A stretch of 64,000 bases of DNA, from the NCBI GenBank assembly GCA_009927445.1, contig RFMZ01000285.1, forward strand, positions 4,907-68,906. Direction: 5' to 3'. The DNA comes from Betaproteobacteria bacterium (GTDB lineage Bacteria; Pseudomonadota; Gammaproteobacteria; Burkholderiales; Burkholderiaceae). Every line of letters starts with the position of its first letter. Position 1 is the stretch's first letter. Below are positions 47,003 to 56,928 of the stretch, piece after piece. A program made the position numbers and the translations under genes. The notes under the pieces were generated by a model that was not told the origin of the DNA, did no database searches, and was given only the letters and a program-made list of their open reading frames with translations.

Positions 47003-47737
47003 TTAAAACTTTTCGTTAGCTCGCAAATATCGCCAAGCACCAACTGGTAGATTGCCAAGAGGTATTTGCCCAATGCGAATCCGTTTGAGACCGACAACAT
47101 GCAGTCCTACTAATTCGCACATACGGCGTATTTGTCTTTTCTTCCCCTCCTTGAGAACGAAGCGTAGTTGATTCTCATTTTGCCAGCTCACTTTTGCTGG
47201 TTGCAGTGCTTGTCCATCTAGACTTAATCCGTGGCATAAGGTGGCTAGTCCGGATGGGGGAAGTTTTCCTTCGACACGAACTAAATACTCCTTTTCGATT
47301 GGGCTATTTTCACCGATGAGTAATTTAGCAATGCGCCCATCTTGGGTAAGTATTAATAATCCGGATGAATCGATATCAAGTCGACCGGCTGGGGCTAGTC
47401 CGCGGGTATTAAATTTTGCATTTTTAGTACTATCTAAATGCGTCTGAAAGAAATTCTCAGGCACTACCAGGCTAGCAGCCGGTGGGTAATCCTTATCTTC
47501 ATCCAGATGTGAGATATAGCCGATTGGTTTATTGAGAAGGATGGTGACACGTGCGCTTTGCTGAAGCTGCGCAGCTTTTTTCAGCTCAATTTTTTGATGC
47601 GCAAAAGCACGCGTACCCAGTTCTGTGACCACTTCACCGTCAACGGTCACAAGACCCTGTTCAATATAGAGATCGGCTTCTCGACGAGAACAAAGACCTT
47701 GGGTTGAGAGTAATTTTGAGATTCGTATTTTTTCCAC
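47003..47737 (-). CDS. rRNA pseudouridine synthase, RsuA family with S4 domain
   Basis: CSRREAD, LLNKPIGY, AGRLDIDSSGL, EKEYLVRV, EGKKRQIRRM and LKRIRIG. Confidence 0.92.
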   Translation of the reverse strand: MEKIRISKLLSTQGLCSRREADLYIEQGLVTVDGEVVTELGTRAFAHQKIELKKAAQLQQSARVTILLNKPIGYISHLDEDKDYPPAASLVVPENFFQTHLDSTKNAKFNTRGLAPAGRLDIDSSGLLILTQDGRIAKLLIGENSPIEKEYLVRVEGKLPPSGLATLCHGLSLDGQALQPAKVSWQNENQLRFVLKEGKKRQIRRMCELVGLHVVGLKRIRIGQIPLGNLPVGAWRYLRANEKF

Positions 47738-47843
47738 TTAGATATTATCAGGCAAGTGCGCTGAAGAAGGCTTAAAATTAGAAGTTGAAGACAAAATACG
47801 CCAATTCTTGGCAATGTCACCCACTTTTAAAAGATTGATTTTC

Positions 47844-49766
47844 ATGGCTTTATTTGTATTAAGTAATGCTAACTTAGCATATGGGCACGTTGATTTATTA
47901 GCGAATACAGCATTTTCATTAGAGGAGGGGGAGCGGGTTGGGTTAATTGGACGAAATGGTGCGGGTAAATCTTCTTTATTAAAAGTCATTGCTGAGATAG
48001 AAAAATTAGATTCCGGCCTCATTCAAAAGCAACAACAAATTCGTATTACTTATGTCGCTCAGGAGCCTATTTTTGTGTCTTCAGCTACCGTGTTTGAAAC
48101 TGTCGCTTTGGGTATGGAGAATATCAAGCGTTTGCGAGAGGAGTATGAATCGCTCAGTATGCAAGAGTGGACCGATCAAATCGGATCTCAAATGGACTTG
48201 CTATATACCCAAATAGATGCCCAACAGGGATGGGCTTGGGAGCAGCAAATTACCGAAGTACTCCAAAAATTACATTTAGATAGTAATCTGCAGATATCTG
48301 AGTTATCTGGCGGAAATAAAAAACGGGTTGCCTTAGCCCAAGCTTTAGTTACTCAACCGGATGTCTTGTTGTTAGATGAGCCCACGAATCATTTAGATAT
48401 GGATTCGATTGAATGGTTAGAACAGTTTTTAATTAGTATGAACCGGGCACTCATTTTTATTACGCATGACCGGGCTTTTCTTGATCAAGTAGCAACCCGT
48501 ATTATTGAATTAGACCGGGGAATGATACGGAGTTATCCTGGGAATTTTCAGTCTTATTTAGACTTAAAAGAAAAGCAGTTAATTGATGAGTCTTTAGCTA
48601 ATGCGCGCGCTGATAAATTATTAGCTCAGGAAGAAGTTTGGATTCGGCAAGGTGTCGAAGCAAGAAGAACGCGCAGTGTTGGTCGTATTGCAAGACTTGA
48701 GGTCTTAAGAGAGCAGCGAAGTGCTAGGCGAGAGTTAGTTGGTCAAGTCAAATTAGATATTCATGCTGGTCAGCGAACTGGCAAGATTGTCGCTAGTTTA
48801 GAAAATGTGTGTTTTTCGTTTGGAGAAAAACGCATTGTGAATGACTTTACAGCGACAATTTTGCGTGGTGATAAAGTAGGTATCTTGGGTCCGAATGGTG
48901 CTGGGAAGTCGACTTTATTAAAAATTATTTTAGGTCAATTGCAAGCGCAGTCTGGTGAAGTCAGGCAAGGCAGCATGATTGACATTGCTTATTTTGATCA
49001 ATTACGTGAGGCCCTTGATCTAGAGTCGAGTCTAGAAGATTTCATTAGCCCAGGCAGTGAATGGGTAGAAATTGGTGGTCAGCGAAAGCATGTGAAGAGC
49101 TACTTAAACGATTTTTTGTTCTCGCCAGAGCGGGCTAGGTCGCCAGTTAAAACTTTATCGGGCGGGGAGAGAAATCGATTACTACTAGCTAGATTATTTG
49201 CTAAGCCAGCGAATGTATTAGTCTTAGACGAGCCGACCAATGATTTAGATATTGATACTCTAGATTTGTTAGAGGAATTTTTGCAAAATTATGGCGGAAC
49301 AGTCTTTTTAGTAAGCCATGATCGCCAATTCTTAGACCATGTGGTCACTAGCATGATTGCCTTTGAAGGTGCCGGTACTTGGCGCGAATACGAGGGTGGG
49401 TATGAGGATTGGAAGATCCAAAACCAGCGCCGACTAGCCTATTTAGGCGCTAGTCAAAAGGTGATTACAAATCCTGCGAAGTCGCGTAGTAATCAACCAT
49501 CACCAACTAATAAGTTGGCCGAGGGAAGTTCGGGCCTGAATAAATATGAAAAAAAGGAACTTGACAAATTAGTTCTTCAAATTGAGGCTTTGGAGCGTGA
49601 ACAAAGTGATTTAAGCGCACAATTAAGCGATGCTCAGTTGTATATGAATCGTCCGACGGAGGCTCAGGCTCTGCAAGAGAGGGCTACACAAGTGAGTGAG
49701 ACACTCAATCAATTATTAGTTCGGTGGGAAACATTACTGCAACGGCAGGAGCAGGCTTGGCAATGA
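47844..49766 (+). CDS. uup: ABC-F ATPase Uup
   Basis: Two ABC cassettes (GRNGAGKS...LSGGNKKR...LDEPTNHLD; GPNGAGKS...LSGGERNR), ARRTRSVGR linker and C-terminal coiled coil. Start at MALFVL (47844). Confidence 0.88.
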   Translation: MALFVLSNANLAYGHVDLLANTAFSLEEGERVGLIGRNGAGKSSLLKVIAEIEKLDSGLIQKQQQIRITYVAQEPIFVSSATVFETVALGMENIKRLREEYESLSMQEWTDQIGSQMDLLYTQIDAQQGWAWEQQITEVLQKLHLDSNLQISELSGGNKKRVALAQALVTQPDVLLLDEPTNHLDMDSIEWLEQFLISMNRALIFITHDRAFLDQVATRIIELDRGMIRSYPGNFQSYLDLKEKQLIDESLANARADKLLAQEEVWIRQGVEARRTRSVGRIARLEVLREQRSARRELVGQVKLDIHAGQRTGKIVASLENVCFSFGEKRIVNDFTATILRGDKVGILGPNGAGKSTLLKIILGQLQAQSGEVRQGSMIDIAYFDQLREALDLESSLEDFISPGSEWVEIGGQRKHVKSYLNDFLFSPERARSPVKTLSGGERNRLLLARLFAKPANVLVLDEPTNDLDIDTLDLLEEFLQNYGGTVFLVSHDRQFLDHVVTSMIAFEGAGTWREYEGGYEDWKIQNQRRLAYLGASQKVITNPAKSRSNQPSPTNKLAEGSSGLNKYEKKELDKLVLQIEALEREQSDLSAQLSDAQLYMNRPTEAQALQERATQVSETLNQLLVRWETLLQRQEQAWQ

Positions 49767-49814
49767 GAGAGTATGTTTTGTAATGCTAAAAATAATTAAC
49801 TCGGGGAGAAAAAG

Positions 49815-50600
49815 ATGGATTTAGGAATACAGGGTAAAGTCGCTTTGGTCTTGGCCTCAAGTAAGGGTTTAGGCCAAGCGATTGCAGTTTCCTTAGCCAA
49901 GGAGGGCGCTCGCGTTGTTCTGACGGGCAGAACGGTAGAGGCGCTTGAACGGACCGCCAAGCAAATTATAGAAGCTGGCGGACGTGCAACTGTTTTGCCA
50001 TGGGATTTGCATCAATTAAACGAGATTGATCTAAAGATTTCTCAGATTGAAAAAGAGGTCGGTCCGGTTGATATATTGATCAACAATACTGGCGGACCGC
50101 CGCCTACGTCAGCGGCGAATCAATCGATTGAATTATGGCAGTCTAACTTTAATCATTTAGTTTTGCTGTTGATGAAGGTGACTGATCGGGTGTTGCCGCA
50201 GATGAAAGCAAAAGCTTGGGGAAGAATTATTACGAGCACCAGTTCAGGGATGATCTCTCCCATACCAGGTTTAGCGATTTCAAACACGTTGCGTGCTGCA
50301 ATTATGGGATGGTCTAAAACCTTAGCGAGCGAAGTAGCTAAAGATGGTGTGACGGTGAACATTGTTTTACCTGGCAGGATTGCGACCGACCGGTTGCATG
50401 AATTAGATCAAATTCGTGCACAGAAAGAATCAAAGACAGTTGCTGAAATTAGCGCCCGCTTACTGGCTGCTATTCCGATTGGTCGTTACGGTGACCCACA
50501 GGAATATGCTGCTGCGGTAACATTTTTAGCGAGCCAGCAAGCGTCGTATATTACTGGTGCGACACTGCGGATTGATGGTGGTAGTTATGCTGGACACTAA
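49815..50600 (+). CDS. Short-chain dehydrogenase/reductase (SDR, atypical active site)
   Basis: ASSKGLG, NNTGGP, SNTLRAAI, PGRIATDR and TGATLRIDGG. Confidence 0.9.
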   Translation: MDLGIQGKVALVLASSKGLGQAIAVSLAKEGARVVLTGRTVEALERTAKQIIEAGGRATVLPWDLHQLNEIDLKISQIEKEVGPVDILINNTGGPPPTSAANQSIELWQSNFNHLVLLLMKVTDRVLPQMKAKAWGRIITSTSSGMISPIPGLAISNTLRAAIMGWSKTLASEVAKDGVTVNIVLPGRIATDRLHELDQIRAQKESKTVAEISARLLAAIPIGRYGDPQEYAAAVTFLASQQASYITGATLRIDGGSYAGH

Positions 50601-50631
50601 GAGCATTTGAGATAGGCATCATTGCGATTGT

Positions 50632-53124
50632 ATGAGTAACTCTATTTATAGGCGGATTACTGGATCACGGGAATTAGTTTGGCTTTTCTGTGCTCTAGTT
50701 CTATCTGTTACAGCTTTAACTAGTGTGACTTTTTTATCGGATCGCCTAGCCCAAACTTTTGAAAATAATGCTCTAGAATTAATTGCCTCTGATGCAATTA
50801 TTCGCAGTGATAAGCCAATTAGGCCAGTTTTTTTAGAAAAAGCGCTTGCCGATGGACTGCGTATTGGCCAAACGACTGTGTTTCCGACCATGGCGCAATT
50901 TGGGGAGCAGGCCAAGCTTGTTTCATTGAAAGCAGTTTCAAGTAGTTACCCACTGCGCGGTATGCTGCGACTGAAAAATGGTTCAATAGTTTTGCAGCGT
51001 GGGCAAGTTTGGATAGATCCTCAATTGGCAAAGATTCTGCACATTGAAATTGGAGACAAGATCCAATTAGGAGAGGTCAAATTTACTGTAAGTGACTTCA
51101 TCGATCGTGAATTAGATCGCGGCGCATCTTTTATGAATTTTTCACCGCGCGTAATGATGCATGCAGATGACTTGGCTGCAACCAAGTTATTAGGACTTGG
51201 CAGTCGAGCAAGCTATCGTTTGTTATTAGCAGGGTCTGCCGATATGTCCCTGAAGCAAGCTCAAGTAAATGTAAAAAAATATACGGAGTGGGCCCTTAAT
51301 CTTATTGAAAAGGAAGATTTGAGGGGAGTGCAAATCGAAGGGATGGAGAACGGTCAACCTTTGATGCGTAAGACACTGGATCAAGCCAATCGATTCTTAT
51401 CATTGGTTGCACTATTAACAGCCATGATTGCGGCTGTAGGTATTGCGTTAACTTCGCAGCGTTATGTGGAGCGACAGAGCATCACTGCGGCAGTCTGGCG
51501 ATGCTTTGGGGCGTCGCGTGGACAAATTTTATGGAGTCACGCCAAGCATTTCATCGTGGTGGCTATTTTAGGAGGTCTCTTAGGAGTTCTGTTTGGATGG
51601 GTTTTTCATGAGCTATTTATTTGGGGAATGCGTAACTTGATTGATCAAGACTTACCAAGCCCATCTTGGTGGCCAGTTTGGTGGGGTTTACTCGTCTCGA
51701 TCACGTTGCTCTTTGGCTTTTCGGGACCACCATTACTTGCCTTGACTCAAGTATCGCCATTACAAGCATTACGAAGTGTTGGTGGTAAGCGGACATTGGG
51801 TTATATCACTACAGTCTTATTTGGGCTGGGCAGTTATGTGGTTTTACTATTTTGGATTGCACAAAACTTCAAACTAGCAGGCATTATTTTAGGGGCATTT
51901 ATAGGTGGTGTGATTTTGTTTGGGGGAGTAGGATATTTCTTGGCGCGATATTTAGGAGAGCTCTTCGGTAATCGAGTTCGTTTACCTGCGGGTATTCGAT
52001 TTGCAGCGCAGCGTTTCAAAGGGAAGCCTCAATTTGCTGCCCAACAAATTACTACCCTAGCGGTGGCAATGATGGCATTACTTTTATTAATCGTGTTGCA
52101 GATCGACGTTTTAGGTGCTTGGCGGTCTAGTATTCCTCAAAACTCACCTAATCGGTTTTTATTAAATATCCAGCCTGATCAAAAAGAGGGAGTGTTAGAT
52201 TTATTAACTGCGAATCAAGCTCAGTTAGATTTTGATTTATATCCCATGATTCGGGGCAGGTTAGTTCGAATTAACCAACGCGAGGTCAGTTCAAAAGATT
52301 ATCAAGCAGATAATGCCAAGCGTTTAATTGATCGTGAGTTTAATCTATCCTACGCCGACAAGGTACCCCAAAAAAATCAAATTGTAGATGGTGTTTGGTT
52401 CTCGCCGGGCGGGGATATTAAACAGGTATCGATTGAGTCAGGCTTAATGAAAACGCTTCAACTTCGCTTAGGGGATGTTCTTGAATTTGATGTGGCAGGA
52501 TTGCGTTATGAAGCGAAGATTACTTCAGTTCGTAAACTAGATTGGAATACGATGCGCGTCAATTTTTTTGCAATGACGCCATCAGAACTCTTATCAGATG
52601 CACCACAAAGTTGGATTGTGGCATATCGGCAAGAGCAGAATCAACGTATGGACATGAATATTATTGCGGCCTATCCGAATATCACGGTTGTTGATACTGA
52701 GCAATCTTTAGCGCAGGCTAGTAGCGTGCTAATGCAATTAGTTTTTGCGATACAGATTCTTTTTTTATTGACCCTAATAGCTGGTTTGTTAGTTTTATTG
52801 ATTGTTTTAGCAGGCGTTCAAGATCGACGCGTACGTGAGGCTGCTGTATTAAAGACAATGGGCGCTAGTCAGGCTTTTTTAGCACGAACTTGGTTGGTTG
52901 AGTTTGTTTTTTGTGGTGGCGTTGGTGGTTTATTAAGTGGGCTCTGTGCGAGTATGACAGCCTGGTTTTTGGCAAATAATGCCTTAGAAATATCTATGCC
53001 ATTTCCGGCATGGATTATTTTGCTTGGGTTTGTCATGGGAGTAATCTTGAGTGGTTTATCGAGTTGGTTTTTACACGTCAAGATTTTTAAGGTTTCTCCG
53101 GTTCATATTTTACAAACCAATTAA
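50632..53124 (+). CDS. YbbP-like FtsX-domain ABC permease
   Basis: LVSLKAVSSSYPLRG, RASYRLL, PNRFLLNIQPDQ, PMIRGRL, RKLDW..MRVNFF and EAAVLKTMGA; 830 aa. Confidence 0.88.
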   Translation: MSNSIYRRITGSRELVWLFCALVLSVTALTSVTFLSDRLAQTFENNALELIASDAIIRSDKPIRPVFLEKALADGLRIGQTTVFPTMAQFGEQAKLVSLKAVSSSYPLRGMLRLKNGSIVLQRGQVWIDPQLAKILHIEIGDKIQLGEVKFTVSDFIDRELDRGASFMNFSPRVMMHADDLAATKLLGLGSRASYRLLLAGSADMSLKQAQVNVKKYTEWALNLIEKEDLRGVQIEGMENGQPLMRKTLDQANRFLSLVALLTAMIAAVGIALTSQRYVERQSITAAVWRCFGASRGQILWSHAKHFIVVAILGGLLGVLFGWVFHELFIWGMRNLIDQDLPSPSWWPVWWGLLVSITLLFGFSGPPLLALTQVSPLQALRSVGGKRTLGYITTVLFGLGSYVVLLFWIAQNFKLAGIILGAFIGGVILFGGVGYFLARYLGELFGNRVRLPAGIRFAAQRFKGKPQFAAQQITTLAVAMMALLLLIVLQIDVLGAWRSSIPQNSPNRFLLNIQPDQKEGVLDLLTANQAQLDFDLYPMIRGRLVRINQREVSSKDYQADNAKRLIDREFNLSYADKVPQKNQIVDGVWFSPGGDIKQVSIESGLMKTLQLRLGDVLEFDVAGLRYEAKITSVRKLDWNTMRVNFFAMTPSELLSDAPQSWIVAYRQEQNQRMDMNIIAAYPNITVVDTEQSLAQASSVLMQLVFAIQILFLLTLIAGLLVLLIVLAGVQDRRVREAAVLKTMGASQAFLARTWLVEFVFCGGVGGLLSGLCASMTAWFLANNALEISMPFPAWIILLGFVMGVILSGLSSWFLHVKIFKVSPVHILQTN

Positions 53125-53142
53125 ATCCACTACGACAGGTAT

Positions 53143-54039
53143 TTAGGCTTGGAAAAATGGCCTATCACCAGCCACGGTAATGCGATGGCCACTGCGTGTA
53201 TTTGGCCAATAGTCCCACATAGCCCGATGTTGTACACAGCGATTATCCCAAAAAGCGATAGAGTTTTTTTGCCATTTAAAGCGGCATTGAAATAATGGGT
53301 TTTCCATATGTTCGAATAGATAACTCAGAATTCCATCGCTTTCATCGATAGGTATTCCAACTAGGTGGGAAGTAAATCCCTTATTGATATAGAGTGCTTT
53401 TTTTAAAGTTATTGGATGAGTACGAATTACGGGATGTTCAGCGTGCGGGTAATTCGTTTTATCTTGTACGCCAAAATTAGCATAAGTTCCGCGATACACA
53501 GGCTCGCCATCATGAAAGGCTGTTAAGCCTTGCAGATAAGTTTTCATCCGGTCTGACAAGGCATCATACGCAGCGTACATACTTGCAAACAACGTATCAC
53601 CACCATTTTCTGGGCATTCGTAAATATGTAAAATACTACCCATGGGAGGTTCTTGATCGCAACTGACATCGGTATGCCAGACTTCACCATTCGCACGGGG
53701 TGAGTTTCTATCTGCCTGGATAAGCATCATTTCAGGGATATTGGCAACGTGTGGTGCGGCGGGATGAATATGTAGATCGCCAAAGATCCGTCCAAACGCT
53801 ACATGATTTTCTTTACTAATATCTTGATCGCGAAAGAAAATAACTTGATTTTCTGCAAGTGCACGGTGGAGTTCTTCTTGTTGTTTTGCCAGAATTGGCT
53901 TGCTCAGGTCGATTTGATGAATTTCAGCCCCAATGACTGGAGTGAGTTTTTTAACTTCGATTGTTTCAAAGGGTTTTTCGACATGGGTTTCATGACGGTA
54001 TCTTGGCCCGTTATGACCTTTTAATTGGTTTGTGCGCAT
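53143..54039 (-). CDS. TauD/TfdA family Fe(II)/2-oxoglutarate dioxygenase
   Basis: LTPVIGAEI, WHTD (HxD), GGDTLFAS, HPVIRTHP, FWDNRCVQH and R-S-G-H-R. Confidence 0.93.
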   Translation of the reverse strand: MRTNQLKGHNGPRYRHETHVEKPFETIEVKKLTPVIGAEIHQIDLSKPILAKQQEELHRALAENQVIFFRDQDISKENHVAFGRIFGDLHIHPAAPHVANIPEMMLIQADRNSPRANGEVWHTDVSCDQEPPMGSILHIYECPENGGDTLFASMYAAYDALSDRMKTYLQGLTAFHDGEPVYRGTYANFGVQDKTNYPHAEHPVIRTHPITLKKALYINKGFTSHLVGIPIDESDGILSYLFEHMENPLFQCRFKWQKNSIAFWDNRCVQHRAMWDYWPNTRSGHRITVAGDRPFFQA

Positions 54040-54048
54040 CTTGGATCC

Positions 54049-55020
54049 CTAATCTAATTTCACATTGGTACTTCGGATAATTTTCCCCCAGCGCTCTATT
54101 TCTGCAACGGTAAAGGCGGCAAACTCTTCAGGGGTAGACGTGATTGGTGCACCACCAAGTCCATCAAATCGTTTGAGTACGAGGGGGTCATTACACGCTG
54201 TAACGATATCTTTATTAATTTTTCGAATAATTTCTTTCGGAGTACCTTTAGGGGCATAAAAACCCGTCCATGTCCAAATTTGGAAGCCAGTTAACCCAGC
54301 TTCTATCGCGGAGGGAACTTTTGGAATCAGGTTATCTCTGGTGGGTAGACTAACTGCTAGACCACGCATTTTCCCGCCATCGATTTGTAAGCGGCCATTG
54401 GTTGTGTCGATGGTCATGAAGCTTAGCAAACCAGACAGAAGGTCCGGGAATGCCTGTGGATTACTTTTGTAGCCAATGGCACGGGCTGAGGCTTGCGCTT
54501 GTTGTAAATACAGTTCAGAGGCAATTCTAGCGGGCAATGAACCAGCGCCAAAACTATGCTTATCTGGCTCAGATTGAAGGAGTGCAGTTAAGTCACCAAG
54601 TGTTTTAATGGGCGAGTCTGCGCGCACGAGGACCACAAAAGACAATTTTCCAAACAAAGAGATTGCCTCAAAATCCTCAATAGGTCGATAGGGTAATTTG
54701 GGATAGAGCGCTGGATTAACAGCATGCGTCATAGCAGAGGTTAAAAACAGATGGTGACCATCTGGTTTTGATCTAGCGGCTGCTTCTGCACCTGGAATGC
54801 CGTTACCACCCCCACGATTATCAATTGTGACAGCTTGGCCCCACATTTGGGAGAGCTTTGCGGCGATTACTCGGCCGGTAATATCAGTGGCTGCTCCTGC
54901 GGGAAATGGCACGATAATATTGACTCGAGACTCAGGCCAAGTTTGCCCGAATGACGCATTGGGTAGAACTAATCCAAGGCTACTAGTTACTAGGCCTTTG
55001 TTAAAAAGACGTCGGTCCAA
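54049..55020 (-). CDS. Bug/TctC substrate-binding protein, apparently co-transcribed with the TauD-family gene
   Basis: WP...IIVPFPAGAATD, DNRGGGNG and PDG motifs; Tat-like MDRRLF N-terminus; 9-nt gap to tauD. Confidence 0.92.
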   Translation of the reverse strand: MDRRLFNKGLVTSSLGLVLPNASFGQTWPESRVNIIVPFPAGAATDITGRVIAAKLSQMWGQAVTIDNRGGGNGIPGAEAAARSKPDGHHLFLTSAMTHAVNPALYPKLPYRPIEDFEAISLFGKLSFVVLVRADSPIKTLGDLTALLQSEPDKHSFGAGSLPARIASELYLQQAQASARAIGYKSNPQAFPDLLSGLLSFMTIDTTNGRLQIDGGKMRGLAVSLPTRDNLIPKVPSAIEAGLTGFQIWTWTGFYAPKGTPKEIIRKINKDIVTACNDPLVLKRFDGLGGAPITSTPEEFAAFTVAEIERWGKIIRSTNVKLD

Positions 55021-55050
55021 AATGATCTCCGGTTGTAATCCAGTTCTGGA

Positions 55051-55074
55051 TTAACTACAGCATTAACTACAGCA
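55051..55074. repeat. 12-bp tandem duplication ttaactacagca x2
   Basis: Read directly, 31-54 nt upstream of the Bug start. Confidence 0.85.
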
Positions 55075-55127
55075 TTTTATTTTTATCTTGGCGGTTGACG
55101 GTATCTTTGACAACCTTTTATCCCTTC

Positions 55128-55156
55128 AGGTTAGTCAGAACTGCAGGAATTGTCAA
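55128..55156 (-). promoter_or_regulatory. Candidate sigma70 promoter for Bug-tauD
   Basis: Minus-strand TTGACA (55156-55151), 17-nt spacer, TAACCT (55133-55128). Confidence 0.5.
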
Positions 55157-55187
55157 GAAGTCCCAGAGGGGCGAGGGTCGCCTGGCT

Positions 55188-55742
55188 TTAGGCTGAAGGA
55201 TTAACTGCATCTGTCGGTGACTTGGGGAGTTGTATTAGGCGCGTTTTGGCAAGGCGATCGGCTAGGGACTGTCTTCCAAGTTGATTATTTTGATCGAGTA
55301 GGCAAGTCAGCGGCCAGAAAAAGAGAGCCATGACAAATAGCAGTTCTAAAGTAGGCCAGTTGCCCATGGGGTATCCGAGTAGCAATTTATAAGCGCCATA
55401 GATAATAACTGCTGGAATCAGCCAGAGCGAACCGATCGCAAAGCGAATCAGAGCTTGTGAGCGATTCAAATGCTTGCCAGACAAGTTAACCATTTTGACT
55501 CTCCAAGTCTGCATAGCGAGGGTTTGTCCCGTATTTGTCCAGTACCAAACAAAGTAGAACCCAAATAGCAAGTAGACATGCGCAAAAGCTAGCCAAGGTG
55601 GGACTTGGATTTGGAGCATGACTCCAAGGGCAAGGGATGGCACTAGGTAGCCCAGAGCCCAAACTCCCAGGAGCATGAGCATTTCATAAAGACCCACACA
55701 AATTCTGCGCCGAATACTAGGTGCTACGAGGATATTTTCCAA
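55188..55742 (-). CDS. RDD family membrane protein
   Basis: APSIRRR...YE, YFVWYWT..GQTLAMQTWRVK and QSLADRLAKT. Confidence 0.88.
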   Translation of the reverse strand: MENILVAPSIRRRICVGLYEMLMLLGVWALGYLVPSLALGVMLQIQVPPWLAFAHVYLLFGFYFVWYWTNTGQTLAMQTWRVKMVNLSGKHLNRSQALIRFAIGSLWLIPAVIIYGAYKLLLGYPMGNWPTLELLFVMALFFWPLTCLLDQNNQLGRQSLADRLAKTRLIQLPKSPTDAVNPSA

Positions 55743-55753
55743 GGATTAACAGC

Positions 55754-56230
55754 TTAATTGGGTTTTAAGGAAGGGGCGTTAACTAGGGAGGGTTTTTTTT
55801 GTTTCGCGTTCGCTTCGTCTGCTAACTGTTTTTTTTCTTCAGGAGATAGCTGTTGATAAGCTTCCCAGGCTTCGGCTTTTTTTTCATTTGGGATAGATTG
55901 ACTTTTAATGAAATTTGCTCTGGCAGTCCGGCGTTCCTTGATGGATAGTTTGGACCAGTCTAACATTCGGATTTTTAAGCGTTCTTTTTCCGTATCTGAA
56001 AACTGATCATACCGATTTGCCAGTTGGGCCCATTTCGATTTTTGCTCGGAAGTTAGGCTTGACCAGTCTTCCTCTAGTGAAGCTAGGACTTCTTTTTGGG
56101 GAGTTGAAAGTTCTGCCCAGCCAGGAGCTTTGGAGCCGATCACATTGACGGAAGAAGATTGGGCGTTGGCCAAATGCGTTATGGGTGTAGATAGAAGCCC
56201 AGTTAATAATAAAATAATCAATAATTTCAT
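55754..56230 (-). CDS. DUF3106-family exported protein
   Basis: Signal peptide; repeated W..L(S/T).(E/P)QK helices. Confidence 0.8.
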   Translation of the reverse strand: MKLLIILLLTGLLSTPITHLANAQSSSVNVIGSKAPGWAELSTPQKEVLASLEEDWSSLTSEQKSKWAQLANRYDQFSDTEKERLKIRMLDWSKLSIKERRTARANFIKSQSIPNEKKAEAWEAYQQLSPEEKKQLADEANAKQKKPSLVNAPSLKPN

Positions 56231-56318
56231 ATACTTATGCCAGATCGCAAGGTTTTAATACCGATCTACTTGAACCGTTGAACATGCTGCAATGGTTCGG
56301 TGAAGAAAAATGGCTAAT

Positions 56319-56843
56319 CTACTGATTAAGGCTTGGGTCAGGTGCTTTTTCACGATTTTTTTCAGTTGAGTTAGCAACTGCAGCCGGGTCATCTTGCTCA
56401 TTGGCTTTTTCAGCACGGGCAAGCATATTTTTTAAGAATAGCTTAAAGCCATCATCGGCATAGGCATCTGGCGGCACTGAGTCGCTCAAAATGGCCGCAT
56501 CAACTTCGACAATATCACTCAAACGGGCTTGTTGTTGCCAATCAGCAATTAAAAAGACTGTTATGCAGATGAGTAATAGGGTACCTAGCCAATTAAAGGA
56601 TTCATAATTGATATTGAAAAATCCAGTAGAAAGAGCTTGATTTGATTTTTTTTGCACAGAAAGTGCTTTTTCTCTAGATTTTTCAAGGTTTTGTAACACC
56701 TTAGGAGAAAGGTGGGCCAATTCTTTATCGAGTGAGCGAGCCACCGTCTTACCAACTTGGTCGATTAATAGGTCATTCATGCTGTTTTTTTGAGCAAAAT
56801 GCGGATTTATCGTGGTAGACGGGTTTTGATTTAAGGTATTCAT
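56319..56843 (-). CDS. DUF3619-family single-TM protein (putative anti-sigma factor)
   Basis: L...REKAL, one TM helix and DAAILSDSVPPDAYADDGF motif; directly downstream of the ECF sigma. Confidence 0.78.
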   Translation of the reverse strand: MNTLNQNPSTTINPHFAQKNSMNDLLIDQVGKTVARSLDKELAHLSPKVLQNLEKSREKALSVQKKSNQALSTGFFNINYESFNWLGTLLLICITVFLIADWQQQARLSDIVEVDAAILSDSVPPDAYADDGFKLFLKNMLARAEKANEQDDPAAVANSTEKNREKAPDPSLNQ

Positions 56844-56856
56844 CGAGTACTCGCTT

Positions 56857-56885
56857 CTTTTTAGGGTGAGACTTTTTAGGGTGAG
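56857..56885. repeat. 14-bp direct repeat ctttttagggtgag x2 (15-bp period)
   Basis: Copies at 56857-56870 and 56872-56885, between the ECF sigma stop and the DUF3619 start. Confidence 0.85.
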
Positions 56886-56928
56886 GCTAATAGGTAAAAC
56901 ATCAATTCAATTGATTAGAAATTACAAT

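Noticed and set aside
56242-56298. Two small hairpins between DUF3619 and DUF3106
   Set aside because: Short or imperfect stems with no U-tract; cannot be distinguished from chance or simple mRNA-stability elements.
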